NCBI GenBank assembly: GCA_951406725.2
Contig: OX597833.1
Coordinates: 23,436,001 to 23,500,000, forward strand
Reading direction: 5' to 3'
Origin: Octopus vulgaris
Lineage: Eukaryota
Length of the DNA stretch: 64,000 nt
The notes beneath the pieces are model-generated. The model made no database searches. It was not told where the DNA came from and worked only from the letters and a program-made list of their open reading frames with translations. Both the position numbers and the translations under genes were made by a program. This document shows positions 39,901-54,496 of this stretch, piece by piece; position 1 is the stretch's first letter; each line of letters begins with the position of its first letter.

Positions 39901-40441
39901 TGGCAGTATGCTGTGCGTGAGAAGACCCGGCAAGACTAGTGAGACCATAACTCGTGGCCTCTACCTGGTATGTAGCCAGGCGACTTATACATACCTTTCC
40001 TTCTTGGGACACAAAACTCCGCTTGTGAAGACCCGTTGAGGCAAGTGAAATCAAAATAAAATCAGTTATCAGAAAGCAGAACCAAAATCGAAGTCGATCA
40101 ACATCAATGGAAATTTCAGCTGTGATACCAGTGCCGGTGACAAGTAAGCGAACCATCCGATCATGGCCGTTGCCAGCCTCGCCTGGCCCCCGTGCCAGTG
40201 GCACGTAAAAAGCACCATCCGTCCATGGCCGTTTTCCAGCTCCGTCTGGCACCTGTGCAGGTGGCACGTAAAAAGCACCCACTACACTCACGGAGTGGTT
40301 GGCATTAGAAAGGGCATCCAGCCGTAGAAACACTGCCAGATCAGACTGGGCCGATGCAGCCTTCTGGCTTCACAGACCCCAGTTGAACCGTCCAACCCAT
40401 GCTAGCATGGAAAGCGGATGCTAAATGATGATGATGATGAT
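36930..40441 (+). mobile_element. Near-full-length RTE LINE (APE endonuclease, RT, PHD-like finger) with several frameshifts and stops, in the predicted intron of ZNF A
   Basis: APE motifs (GTLNV, IQE, SAYAP, GDFNGHVG, SQIDYIL, QHRLV), RT motifs (QFGF, YADD, FRYLG) and a (GAT)n tail. The 5' UTR may extend upstream toward ~36600. Confidence 0.95.
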
Positions 40442-40544
40442 CTGTGTATGTATTAGTTTATGTATGTGTATGAGTGTGAATCTGTGTGCTGTGCGCGCAG
40501 ATCTGTTTCTGCCTATGTCTCATGAATAATGCCTCTTTTACTTT

Positions 40545-40920
40545 TCAAAATTAAAATAAACAAATTTCTTTTTTAATCTAAAATATACTCTCCTTCATTT
40601 TCTACAATGCTCTTCCATCTATGCAGCAAACGTGCAGAGCACTCTTCCAAAATTCACTTGTCCGTGATGAAAACTACTCCTCCAGTATTGTTCTCTCAGA
40701 TGTCGATGAAAGGTTGAATGACCAAATCCAAGCATCTCTGACAGTTCTTCAACAGTCAGGATGGGATTTTGTTCCACCAGAATTTGTACATTGTCCTCAT
40801 TGAGCTCTACAGATCTTCCAGGACAAGGCTCGTCTTCTAGCCTGTAGTTTCTGGCTTGGAATTTCTGCAACCACTGCTCACACTGGCTTATGCTTAATGT
40901 CCAATCCCCATAGACTGTAT
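40545..40920 (-). mobile_element. Internally deleted mariner element
   Basis: N-terminal HTH region (W.QKF...LEDEPCPGR..LTVEELSEMLG..ST..RHL) joined directly to the same 3' end as at 31820-31925. Confidence 0.8.
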
Positions 40921-41742
40921 TAACCCTTTCGTTACTGTATTTATTTTGAGATGCTCTGTGTTTCTTTCAATTACTGCTTCCCATTTGCTTGGCAGACAGT
41001 CAGACCGCTGTTTAAAGATGTTTTGGTTAAATAATTATGCACCAACCCAATAATCATAATCTAAATGGTTTCAAAGGTATTCTCCTCAAAGTTATTAAGG
41101 GGCAGATGTCGGGTCGTGTGAATTTACCAAAACTCCTCTGCCAATCTCCTCGGGAGAATTTTCTCCAGCAAATCTTTAGGTACACCCAATCTACAAGATC
41201 CAAGAGATTATGTGTTGAAAGTTTTAGTAAAAAGTATCTATTTTCTGGAAGTTATGAAACAACAAATTCGGGCTGGGGGTACACAGCTATCCATGATTTT
41301 GGAACGTTGTTCCTCACCCCTTTAGAACACAGATCGCCATTGCAATTCTTTTCTCCACTTTGTCTTTTCAGTACAAAATGAAACATGTATTTCTTCCTTT
41401 TCCGAATTTGGCAACGATGGAAAGTGTAGAAGGTAGCTTCCACAGATAGAAACAGACACCAAACCCACACAAATCAAAGATATATCTCTTCTATAGCTAG
41501 AAATAGCAGCCAAATCTAATACAATTCAGTCATCGCTCTTCCATAGTTAGAAATAGCAGCCAAATCCCGCACAAATCAAGGACATCTCTCTCCCATAGCT
41601 AGAAATAGTAGCCATATCCCGACCAAATCAAGGACATCTCTCATTCATAAAACATAGAAAAGACACAAAGAATTGAGGTGCCAAAAACCGAAAGTCTCCA
41701 GAATTAAAAAAACATTGAATCTTTTCATTGTTTAATACTTAC

Positions 41743-41950
41743 GCAAATGTTTCATAAAGGACAGTGTTGTTTATATATGTGTGTATATGGTAGTTGAGAA
41801 ATGCATTATAAGTATTATAAACGTATTATTATTATTATCAGCTAATTAAAAGAAATTCATTCAAAAGACCTTTGACCCGGAAGTCAACATCAAGTAGGAA
41901 CCACGTTGTCTCATGAAATAAGACATCAAAGACTAATTATCTCCCTTTAA
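41743..41950 (-). promoter_or_regulatory. Predicted non-coding first exon and promoter of ZNF A
   Basis: Donor gc|gtaagt at 41742. The segment is homologous to 51870-52100, and an attatctccctt motif sits at 41936. Confidence 0.5.
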
Positions 41951-42521
41951 CAAACAGTATAATCCCGTCGGTTTGTAGGTTCGATCCACAGCAACAATTA
42001 ATCCATTCATCGTGGGCCCTGTTTTATTTTTCCCTTTAAGTGTTGTTAAGTTTTCTTAACGCCAGCCTCTTATAGCATAGAGTGACATGGTTTCCTGTCG
42101 AAATTCCTTCTATATATGATAGAAGGGGCACGGCACAGTGGTTGGAGCATTGAGCTTACGATCGTGAGGTTGTGAGCTCGAATCCTGGACCTGCGTTTTG
42201 CATTGCTCCAGTTCACTCAGCTGCAGAAATGAGTTGCGACATCACAGGTGCCCAGCTGTATCGGCCCCTTTGCCTTTCCCCTTGGATAACACAGGTATGC
42301 ATGGGTAATTGCTGGTCTTCCATAAACAACCTTGTCCAGACTTGTGCCTGGGAGAGTAACTTTCTAGGTGCAAGCCCATGGTCAGTCATGACCGATTGGA
42401 GTCTCAAAAATATAAATCTCAAATATGAAATAGAAAATCATCAGTCAATGACTTTATTCAAACATAAAAACAAATATAATAGATGTTGATAACAGCTTTC
42501 CAGCCATATATTTAACATCGC

Positions 42522-43125
42522 GGATCTTTTCGGTTTGAACGTCAGTTTTTTTTTAATAATTTCCACGTAACTAAACACTTTTAAACTTCGTATACTGGTA
42601 GAATGGGTTTATAAAACATCTTTTTCTCTTGGCTTTATTGAGAAAATTATATAGTTGTAAGATATTTGTTGTTTCTTTTCTTCAATTTCAACCAATCAAT
42701 GACGTCTATTGAAGTAAAAATCATTCTGTACGGTATGAATATGTCCCTCGTTTAAGAAACAGATTTGGTTTATTTGCATTTCTAAAGAAAAAAGCGATCG
42801 GAGAGAGATGTCCTTGATTTGTGTGGGATTTGGCTGCTATTTCTAGCAACGGAAAACAGATTCTATGATTTGTGCGATATTTGGTTGATATTTCTAGCTG
42901 TGAAAGAGAAATGTTTTTGATTTGTGCGGGATTTGACTGCTATTTCTAGCAACGGAAAAGGGATTCTATGATTTGTGCGGGATTTGACTGCTATTTCTAA
43001 CTATGGAAGAGAGATGACTATGAAAAAAGATTGAAATGCAATAGATCGATACTAGGGTCATAATTATGGGTGACGATTTCATATGACATCGCTAGAAAAA
43101 ACTGCCATTCAAACCGAAAAGATCC
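42522..43125. mobile_element. MITE with ~28-bp TIRs (ggatcttttcggtttgaac) and an 8-bp TSD (aacatcgc); Merlin-like
   Basis: TIRs at both ends; TSD at 42514-42521 and 43126-43133. Partial copies at 51066-51823, 52430-52478, 59260-59625 and 60615-60795. Confidence 0.85.
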
Positions 43126-44234
43126 AACATCGCTCTATCTATATTCTTCCATTTGTTTCAGTCACTTGACTGTTGCCATGCTGGAGCACCATCTTGAGAT
43201 AACTTATCTCCGTTATAGTTATAATACATATAATTTCTTTCGGATTTTGAATTTATTTTGTGTGTGTGGCATATATGGATGTTTGCCCATATTAGATTCT
43301 TTATAACACTTATGATATTAACACTATGCTGAGCTGAAACCCCCTTCGGTCATGACTGACCGTGGGACCACCTAGAAAGTTACTCTCCCAGGCAAAAGTC
43401 TGTGCAAGTTTTTTTATGGAAGACCAGCAGCCGCCCATGCATACCGGCCTCCCCTCTCTACGCCACCAGTGTTATCCAAGGGAAGGGCAAAGGGGCCGAT
43501 ATAGCTTGGCACCTGTGACACTGCAACTCACTTCTACAGATGAGTAAACAAGAGCAACGCAAAATAAATTTATATGATGCCTTCAAGAAACAAACATTTT
43601 ACACATTGTGTCACCAGATTTTTTAGTTGATCAAGAGTCTGGTAGGGTTCCCCAAGTTATGAAGTTAGGGTTCACAAAAACAGTGTGGGGTTCATAATAA
43701 GAATCTCTTCCAAAATGTTCATTGTCTAGGTTATGAAAATAATCTTAATCTGGACCTTTGAAAACTTGTTTCTGAAAAGTTTAGTTTGAAGAAACCATTA
43801 TTCAGATATTAACAAGGAATCCATCTAGTGTGGGGCACTAAACTATACGTATGCCTCATATTCTTCCTTTCTGGTCTCTTCTGCTTTTATAGCTCTGGAA
43901 ACTTCCCTGATCAACCATTATGTCACCCTTCACCTGGCTGGCATATTTAATGAGTGAAGCATTTAAAATACAATAAACAATGAATATACTGTAATTACAA
44001 GATGCAATATTCAAGAAGGAATAATGTGTAGGGGTGTGAGGAGGAGGAGATTTGGTATAAGAGGTCCTTACACCATGGAAAGGAAACTGCATGAGTGGTC
44101 AAGGATGGAGTGGGAGGTGAATATTGCAAAAACAAAAGAAACAACTGAAATTTTGGGAAATATTTTAATCATAATTTCCATTGCATAAAACACAGGAATA
44201 TTAAACAAATATAGCAAACAGGAAACTATAGAGA

Positions 44235-45487
<1,253 letters not shown>

Positions 45488-45757
45488 ATCCCAATTGATA
45501 TATTTTTCCTGCTTTCATTTTTTTACTTTATTGCTTACATAAATTTCTACTTTATCCAATGTTAATCTGCACACAAGCTCCTTTTCTTGTCATTCTAGTC
45601 AGCAATGTTCAGAAATTTGGCTAATAATATTATTTCAGAGCAAATGTTTCAAACGAATTCTTTCACAGATTTATAGAAACAATATTATATGTTTGTTTTG
45701 TATATTTTCCTTTTGTCTTTAAAACATTGTAGATACTGAGGTTGCTTCTTCTGTCAC

Positions 45758-46628
45758 AACAACAACGTGCCCTTAAATATGGTTTCTGATTACAAATATC
45801 TTGGGTCATACATATCATCATCTGGAAAAGATTTTCTAACTAGAAAGGGTCAGCCTGTAATGACATGCATAAGATCTGGTCATCAAATCTAAGTAGAGAC
45901 TTCAAACTTGAAATCTTCAAAGCCACAGTCGAACCAATTCTACTATATGGCTCTGAAACCTGGACGTTATCAAAGAAGCTTGAGAGGCGGTTGGATGGAA
46001 CTTACACTCGCATCCTTATGAGAGCTCAAAATCTCTCATGGAAGTGTCATCCAACCAAAGTACAAATATATAGGAAACTACCAACTGTATCATCTCTTGT
46101 GAAAGGTAGGAGAGTCCAGTTTGCTGGACATTGTTGTAGAGCTGAAAACGAGGTAATTTCTCCTCTTCTCCTCTGGAAGCCATCTGCTCGCGATACCAGA
46201 GGGCGCACACTCTCCTATCCTGATGTAATCTCCAGGGATACAGGCATCCAGCAACAGGACCTCCGTAATGCTATGATGGACCGTGAAGTCTGGTGTAGCA
46301 TGGTAAATTCCATTGTCTCGACCACGGTCGCGATACCAGAGGGGCACACTCTCCTACCCTGATGTAATCTCCAGGGATACAGGCATCCAGCAACAGGACC
46401 TCCATAATGCTATGATGGACCGTGAAGTCTGGCGTAGCATGGTAAATTCCATTGTCTCGACCACGGTCGCGATACCAGAGGGGGCACACTCTCCTACCCT
46501 GATGTAATCTCCAGGGATACAGGCATCCAGCAACAGGACCTCCATAATGCTATGATGGACCGTGAAGTCTGGCGTAGCATGGTAAATTCCATTGTCTCGA
46601 CCACGGACGAACAATGATGATGATGATG
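45758..46628 (+). mobile_element. 5'-truncated LINE (second family) with a triplicated 140-bp 3' end and 9-bp TSD
   Basis: YKYLGS..LLYGSETW..FAGH RT C-terminus, (TGA)n tail, TSD ttctgtcac at 45749-45757 and 46629-46637. Confidence 0.92.
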
Positions 46629-46959
46629 TTCTGTCACCTGACGTTCTTAAATTATAGAGAAACAACAGTGTAAAGTGTAGAAACTACTTAAAATATACAG
46701 ACTCACTTTTATTGAGATAAACATTTACCTTAACAACTCAGCTGGACAAAAACAGTTCCGTAAAGAAGTGCCGATCTTTCAAAGTAGATGGAAGAAGTGT
46801 GGATGAGCAAAGTCAGGACAGAGTACTTTTCTGGTGATATGATAAAGACCCATACTCCACAGCAGAAATGTTCAGACTCATCCCCCTGGTGGCCCAAAGC
46901 ACTTGTGATTGTTCTTCATCAAAGTGAAATTGCAAGTGCGTGGTATCACATAAAAGTAC

Positions 46960-47500
46960 CCTGTGAAGTGTCTACGCTGCATCCTTCGTGTCCAATGGCA
47001 TCACTTTGTCTCTAACAATTCGGTGCGACACCAGTGCAGAATCACCTCTCTCCGACAAGTCATCCTAACGAGACGTCTGCATTGGCTGGGTCATGCCCTC
47101 CGTCGTCAACCAGAATTCATCTACGAAGCAATTGCCCCAGCTCCCTTTCAGGGTTGGTGAATGCAATGTGGTAGACAACGAAAAACTTGGCTGATGACAG
47201 TCAAGGCTGATCTGGAACCCAACCTACGAAGCAATTGCCCCAGCTCCCCTTCAGTGTTGGCAAAAGTGATGTGGTGGACAAAGAAAACCCTGTCTGATGA
47301 CAGTCAAGGCTGATCTGGAACCCAATCTAGGCCCCCTTATCTACGGCGTTCGCCGCTGGAATAAGGAATGGTTGGAGATCAGGAGGTCGTTAGCCTCAAC
47401 TCACCAAGCCTGGTCAGCGTTTGTGAGAGATGCAGCATTGAGGATAAATGAAACCAGCTCAACCCACCCCGGTTGAATACTGTAAGAAGTAGATGAAGAA
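46960..47500 (+). mobile_element. RTE-like LINE 3' fragment (third family) with an internal ~105-bp duplication
   Basis: KCLRCIL..RRLHWLGHALRR; ctacgaagcaattgccccagctccc occurs twice. Confidence 0.75.
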
Positions 47501-49228
47501 GAAATCATAAATCAGACTGGAGTGTGCTGCAGCACTGAAGTTTGCCAGCCCTGCTCAAACCATCGAACCGTTCCAGCATGGACGTCAGACATGAAATGAT
47601 GAAAAGAGGAAGCTGAACCTTTCAGGTGATATGATAAGGACGAAGATGCCTGGCATCTCGCTTTACTCAAGAAGACCCATACTCCACAGCATAAGTATTT
47701 AGACTCATTCCTCTGGCGGCCAAAGGTATATGTATCCGTTCTTCATAAAAGCAGATTTGCAGCGTCATGTAAAAGTGCCACCATATTAAAGCAACAGTGT
47801 GGTGGCACATAAAAGCTCCCTGTGCACTATGAAGTGGTTGGCACTAGGAAGGGCATCCAGCTGTTGAAGTCATAAGAAATCAGACTGAAGTGTGCTGCAT
47901 CTCCCCACCTTATCACCTCTGCTCAAACCTATTTCTTTACTACCCACAAGGGGCTAAACACAGAGGGAACAAACAGATTAAGTCGATTACATTGACCCAA
48001 GTGTGCAACTGGTACTTATTTTATCGACCCCAAAAGGACGAAAGGCAAAGTCGACCTCGGCGGAATTTGAACTGAGAATGTAACGGCAGACGAAATACGG
48101 CTACGCATTTCGCCCGACGTGCTAACGATTCTGCCAGCTCACCGCCCTCAAACTATCGAACCATTCCAGCATGGACAACAGACATTAAAAGATGATGATG
48201 AACTTAACATTTTAATTTATTAAAATTGACATCATAGAATCTTGTGTGAATCTTCCATATTTGTAAACTACACTGACACCTTCACATTACTTTTTACTCT
48301 TTTACTTGTTTCAGTCATTTTGACTGTGGCCATGCTGGAGCACCGCCTTTAGTCGAGCAAATCAACCCCAGGACGTATTCCTTGTAAGCCCAGTACTTAT
48401 TCTATCAGTCTCTTTTACTGAACCGCTAAGTTTTGGGGACGTAAACACACCAGCATCGGTTGTTAAGCAATGCTAGAGGGACAAACACAGACACACAAAC
48501 ATATATATATATATATACATATATACGACAGGCTTCTTTCAGTTTCTGTCTATCAAATCCTCTCACAAGGCTTTGGTCGGCCCGAGGCTATAGCAGAAGA
48601 CACTTGCCCAAGGTGCCACGCAGTGGAACTGAACCCAGAACCATGTGGTTCGTAAGCAAGCTACTTACCACACAGCCACTCCTTAAGAGTCTTAAAATAA
48701 AACTACAGAATGGTGGATGCTAACATTAGTCTTTCTCCAGAAATATAACTTGACATTGTTGTTTAGATCCAGGTCACTTCTGACTGAGCAGACGTGTGAT
48801 TATAGACATTCCATCCATGAACATCCTGCCTATTTCTCTATCATTCTATACCTATAATTATGTCATTCAATACAGTCTTCAATATTTGTAACCCATAGGA
48901 GAAATTGAAGAGAAATGTGCTGTTATATCTTTGTTCTTCCTTTGTGATGTGTTTTGTATTTGGGCTCATTGTTTACGTAAATGTTTGACAAATTTACAAT
49001 ATTCTTGAGTAAAAAAAATAACAATGTAAGTTATTGTGTAATATTTTTAATGAGCGAAGCATTTAAAATGCAATAAACAGTAAATATGCTGTAATTACAG
49101 GATGATATTCAAGAAAGAATAATGTGTAGGGTTTTCAGGAGGAGGAGATTTGGTATAAGAGGTCCTTACATCATGAAAAGTAAATACAGGAATGGGAGGT
49201 GAATATTGAAAGAAACCAAAAATCTCAA

Positions 49229-50524
49229 CTACAGAAACTGCCCTTTTCCTTCCTCCCACGTATGAATGTGTTTGTGTTTTGTTAAGTTACAATTTTGATA
49301 GAATGATTTACCACAAATATCACAATGATATGGTTTCTCTCCTGTATGAACACGGTTGTGCCTAGTAAGGTGACTATGCCGAGAGAATGATTTACCACAG
49401 ATATCACAAGGATATGGCTTCTCTCCTGTATGAACACGTTTGTGAATAGTCAACTGACTATTATAAGAGAAAGATTTACCACAGATATCACAATGATATG
49501 GCTTCTCTCCTGTATGAATAAGTTTGTGTTTTGTTAACGAACTTCTTTCAGAGAATGATTTACCACAAATAACACAAAGATATGGTTTCTCTCCTGTATG
49601 AACGCGTATGTGAATAGTTAAGACACTATTTTGAATGAAGGTCTTTCCACAAATATCACAACGATATGGCTTCTCTCCTGTATGAAAACGTTTGTGTATA
49701 TTTAAGTCATAACTTTGAGAGAATGATTTACCACAGATGTCACAATCATATGGTTTCTCTCCTGTATGAATACGTATGTGTTTTGTCAAACTATTATTTC
49801 GAGAGAATGATTTACCACAGATATCACAACTATATGGTTTCTCTCCTGTATGAATATGTTTGTGTCTTGCTAAGGCACTACTTCGAGAAAATGATTTACC
49901 ACAGATATCACACTGATATGGCATCTCCCCTGTATGAATACGTTTGTGTTCTGTTAACAATTTACTTCCAGTAAATGATTTACCACAGATATCACAATGA
50001 TATGGTTTCTCACCTGTATGAAGGCATTTGTGCATAGTTAAGTAACTATTTTGAGAGAATGATTTACCACAAATATCACAGCGAAATGGTTTCTCTCCCG
50101 TATGAGAACGTTTGTGTTTAGATAAATAAGAACTATCAGAGAATGATCTACCACAGATATCACACTGATATGGCTTCTCTCCTGTATGAATACGTTGGTG
50201 TCTCTTTAGATCATTATTATAAGAAAATGATTTACCACAAATATCACAACAATATGGTATCCCTGTATGAATACTTTGGTGTGTACTTAATGTACCACTT
50301 CTGGTGAACGATTTACCACAGATTTCGCAATAATACAGATTCTCTCCTGTATGAATACGTTTGTGTGCAATGGAGTTATATTTACGAGAAAATGATTTAC
50401 CACAGATATCACACTGATGTGGTTTCTCACCTGTATGAATATATTTATGCACATTTAGATACTTTTTTTTTGAGAAGGACTTTGTACAGATATCACAGTC
50501 ATATGATGTCATCTCTTTTAACAT
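49229..50524 (-). CDS. C2H2 zinc-finger protein C (15 fingers, intact)
   Basis: 431-aa ORF of tandem C2H2 fingers; exon acceptor at 51027. Confidence 0.95.
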   Translation of the reverse strand: MLKEMTSYDCDICTKSFSKKKYLNVHKYIHTGEKPHQCDICGKSFSRKYNSIAHKRIHTGENLYYCEICGKSFTRSGTLSTHQSIHTGIPYCCDICGKSFSYNNDLKRHQRIHTGEKPYQCDICGRSFSDSSYLSKHKRSHTGEKPFRCDICGKSFSQNSYLTMHKCLHTGEKPYHCDICGKSFTGSKLLTEHKRIHTGEMPYQCDICGKSFSRSSALARHKHIHTGEKPYSCDICGKSFSRNNSLTKHIRIHTGEKPYDCDICGKSFSQSYDLNIHKRFHTGEKPYRCDICGKTFIQNSVLTIHIRVHTGEKPYLCVICGKSFSERSSLTKHKLIHTGEKPYHCDICGKSFSYNSQLTIHKRVHTGEKPYPCDICGKSFSRHSHLTRHNRVHTGEKPYHCDICGKSFYQNCNLTKHKHIHTWEEGKGQFL

Positions 50525-51065
50525 GTGTTCAGGGGAAAATCAATTCTATAATTTTCTCTCTCTTTCCTATTTCTTTTATTCTCAAATCCCAGTTGATATA
50601 TTTTTCTTGCTCTTGTTTTTATACTTTATTCCTTACACTTCTCCTCTATTTCCTTCTACTGTTGTCTTTATTTAGCAAAACATCCGTAAATTTATCTAAG
50701 TTCCAGTGGCACGTATGCTCCAGTTCTTGACACACTAGTCCGTGATGTTTAAAAATTTGACATAAACGTCTACTGCTGTATTTCTGTCCAGTGTTACCTT
50801 TGTTTAGCAACACTTCCATAAATTTATCCAACTTTAATCGGAACGCAAGCTCATCTTCTTGACACTTCAGTCAGGGATGTTCAGAAATTATTCCAGAGTA
50901 AATGCTTCACAGAAATTCTTCCACAGATCTGTAGAAACAATGTTATTCATCTGTTTTGTATAATATTTTCCTTTAATCTTTAAAACATGGTAGATATTGA
51001 GGATCCTTCTTCCATCATTTGATATTCTGAAATTATAGAAAAGCAAGTGTAAAATATAGAGGCTA

Positions 51066-51823
51066 TATCTTACAAACTATAGAATTTTCTCAATAAAGCC
51101 AAGAGAAAAAAATGTTTTATAAACATATTCTACCAGTATACGATGATTAAATGTGTTTAGTTACGTGGAAATTATTTTAAAAACTGCCGGTCAAACCGAA
51201 AAGATCTGTTAGGGTTAGGGTTAGGGGGAAGGGTATCTTTTTTTCTTCAGAAATGTAAATAAACCCAATCTGTTTCTTAAACGAGGGACATATTCATACA
51301 GCACAGAATGTTTTCACCTCAATAGACGTCATTGATTGGTTGAAATTGCAGAAATTGAAGAAAACAAAACAACAAATATCTTACAAACTGTAGAATTATC
51401 TCAATAAAGCCAAGAGAAAAAGATGTTTTATAAACACATTCTACCAGTATACGAAGTTTAAAAGTGTTTAGTTACGTGGAAATTATTTAAAAAAACTGCC
51501 GTTCAAACCGAAAAGATCCGTTAGGGTTAGGGTATCTTTATTTCTTCAGAAATGTAAATAAACCCAATCTGTTTCTTAAACGAGGGACATATTCATACGG
51601 CACAGAAGGTTTTTTTTTTACCTCAATAGACGTCAGTGATTGGTTGAAATTACAGAAATTGAAGGAAAAAAACAACAAATATCTTACAAACCGTAGAATT
51701 GTCTCAATGAAGCCAAGAGAAAAAAATGTTTTATAAACACATTTTACCAGTATACGAAGTATAAAAGTGTTTAGTTATGTGGAAATTATTTTAAAAAACT
51801 GCCGTTCAAACCGAAAAGAACCT
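51066..51823. repeat. Tandem ~300-bp amplification (2.5x) of a MITE arm, with (TTAGGG)n at the junctions
   Basis: tcttacaaact..aaaccgaaaaga repeated three times. Confidence 0.88.
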
Positions 51824-51979
51824 ATGTCTTTCGTAGCAAGAAATAGCAGCCAAATCCTGCACAATGAAGGACATCTCTCGTTCATAAAACACGGAAGAGG
51901 AACAACGAATTGATACGTCAAAAACCGAAAGTCTCCAGAATTAAAAAAACATTGAATCTTTTCATTGTTTAATACTTAC

Positions 51980-52420
51980 GCAAATGTTTCATAAAAGGTA
52001 AGTGTTGTTTATATATGTGTGTATATGGCAGTTGAGAAATGCATTAAAAGAATTATAAATGGATTATTATCAGCTGATAAAGAGGAATTCACGCACGGGA
52101 CATCGAAGCTGGTATCAAAGTCAAGTATTGAGTGCGTTTATTACGCATGCGTATTAAGATACCGGAAATATGTAAGGTATGTAACTCTGTTTAAATCCCT
52201 TTATATTTTGGTATACATTCCGATAAGGAGATTATCTCCCTTGGCAAGGCGACAACTCCATGCAGAGAATTCTACTTCCGAGGACTTCTCACGACGGTGA
52301 CGTTGAATGTCACGTGATCTAATGAATATTCAGCAGTTCGTGTTAAAGAATTATTTGTGATTCTATAGCCAGACTATTACTGGAAAAAAGGCGGATTCGG
52401 TTGAAAGGTTAGAAGCTGTT
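51980..52420 (-). promoter_or_regulatory. Predicted non-coding first exon and CpG-rich promoter of ZNF C
   Basis: Donor gc|gtaagt at 51979, palindrome acgcatgcgt at ~52143, attatctccctt at 52231, E-box tcacgtga at ~52310. Confidence 0.55.
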
Positions 52421-52521
52421 AAAATTCTTGGATCTTTTCGGTTTGACCAGCAGTTTTTAAAAATAATTTCCACGTAACTCTCTTTTACTCTTTTACTTGT
52501 TTCAGTCATTTGACTGCGGCC

Positions 52522-53710
52522 ACACTTTTACCACAAATATCACAGGGATGTGGTTTCTCTCCTGAATGAATGGATTTCTGAGTCGTAAGGTAACATTTTT
52601 GAGAGAATAATTTACCACAACTATCACAGGGATATGGTTTCTCTCCTGTATGAATGAATTTGTGTTTAGTAAGGCCACTCTTTCGAGAGAATGACACACC
52701 ACAAATATCACACTGATATGGCTTCTTCTTAGTAAATTCATGAGAAGTTAAATGATTTCTTAGGACAAATGATTTACCACAAGTATAGCAGTGATATGGT
52801 TTCTCTCCAGTATGAATGAATTTGTATTTAGTAAGGCCACTCTTTTGAGAGAATGATATACCACAAATATCACACTAATATGTTTTTTCTCCTGTATGAA
52901 TGGATTTGTGACTAGTAAGATTACATTTTGTAGAGAATGATTTACCACAAATATCACACTGATATGGCCTCTCATTATTATGAGTAAGTTTATGAGAGGT
53001 TAAATTACTTTTTACTGTAAAGGATTTACCACAGATATCACAAGAATATGGTTTCTCTCCAGTATGAATGTATTTGTGTCTGGTAAGGTGACTTTTCCGC
53101 AAAAAAGACTTTCCACAGATATCACAGTGATATTGCTTTCCTCCTGCATGAATACGTTTGTGAACAGTGAGATTTCCCTTTCATCGTCATCATCATCATC
53201 ATCGTCTAACGTCCGTTCTCCATGCTAGCATGGGTTGGACGGTTCGACCGGGGTTCTGGGAAGCCAGAAGGCTGCACCAGGCTCCAGTCTAATCTGGCAA
53301 TGTTTCTACAGCTGGATGCCCTTCCTAACGCCAACCACTCCGTGAGTGTAGTGGGTGCTTTTTACGTGCCACCTGCACAGGTGCCAGGCGAGGCTGGCAA
53401 CGGCCACGGTCGGATTGGTGTATTTTATGTGCCACCGGCACGGAAGCCAGTCGAGGCGGTGCTGGCATCGGCCACGAGTCGGATAGTGCTTTTTACGTAC
53501 CACCAGACCAGGGATCCTGGCTGGTTCAATTCGATTTCGATTTCGCTTGCCCCAACATGTCTTCACAAGCAAAGGGGGTTGGCATGGGTGCCTGTCGTAC
53601 AGGCGCATTGGAGTATTTTACGTGCCACCGGCACTCTAGATATAAACTTTTTACAGATATCACATTGGTATGATAATTCTTTTTCTTTTGTCATCTCTTG
53701 ACAATTCATT
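52522..53710 (-). pseudogene. C2H2 zinc-finger gene D, disrupted
   Basis: The first finger is split by a LINE-tail insertion (53182-53637). There is a TAG at 52877, a deletion near 52730, and the 3' end is replaced by a SINE tail. Acceptor at 54062, candidate donor at 55554. Confidence 0.85.
53182..53637 (-). mobile_element. RTE LINE 3' end inserted into ZNF D
   Basis: (CAT)n tail plus ggatgcccttcctaacgccaaccac, same family as the 40100-40441 region. Confidence 0.88.
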
Positions 53711-54496
53711 ATTGTTCTCCAGTACACAAGCACAAAATGTATTTTTTTCTTTCTTCTTTATATATTTCTCTGTTGATTCAAAAAGTTCTACAGCTATAAT
53801 TACACCTGATCTGATCTTTGTGAATATCTGAAGATAATACAGCACCTTTGCAGATTTTTTCAAGTATATATTCCTGGCAATGGAATAAAGCAAATGTTGC
53901 TATTAATTCAGAAGAAATATTTAAGTTATTTACCAGAAATTTGTTATAGAAACAGGGTTATATATATTATTTATAATATCTTCCATTAGTCTCCAAGTGA
54001 TGATCAATATTCATGATGTATCTGATGTAAAAATTCCTTTATAACACAAACATCTCATATTCTGAAATGACACAGAAACAGTAGAAGATATAGGAAAGAC
54101 TTAAAAAGCAGAGATTCAACAATAGAAAATATAACTACATTTTCATAATGATAAACTGTGGATATAAACTTTTACCCCAATAATTAGTCTTTAAAATTTA
54201 TTTTGTTATTAAAGTTATATTATACAACCTTGTGTAATGTCCACATATGCACAGCCTTCAGCTCGTCCACCTTCAAATATTATGTAAAATGCTAAACTAC
54301 AAAATACTGGACAATAACGTTGTACTGTCTTAGGAAACATGATAAGTCACTGTTGTTTAGCCCTAGGTCACCCCTTACTGAGTAGATCTATTTAAGAAAT
54401 TAGTGTTCACGAGTGTCATGACTTTTAGAACAGATCAAACATAAACATCACTATAATTTAGTCACTAACCACAATACAGACACACACATATATATA

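Noticed and set aside
51207-51230. TTAGGG repeats as an interstitial telomere or fusion site
   Set aside because: Only 2-3 units, and they are part of the MITE's internal sequence.
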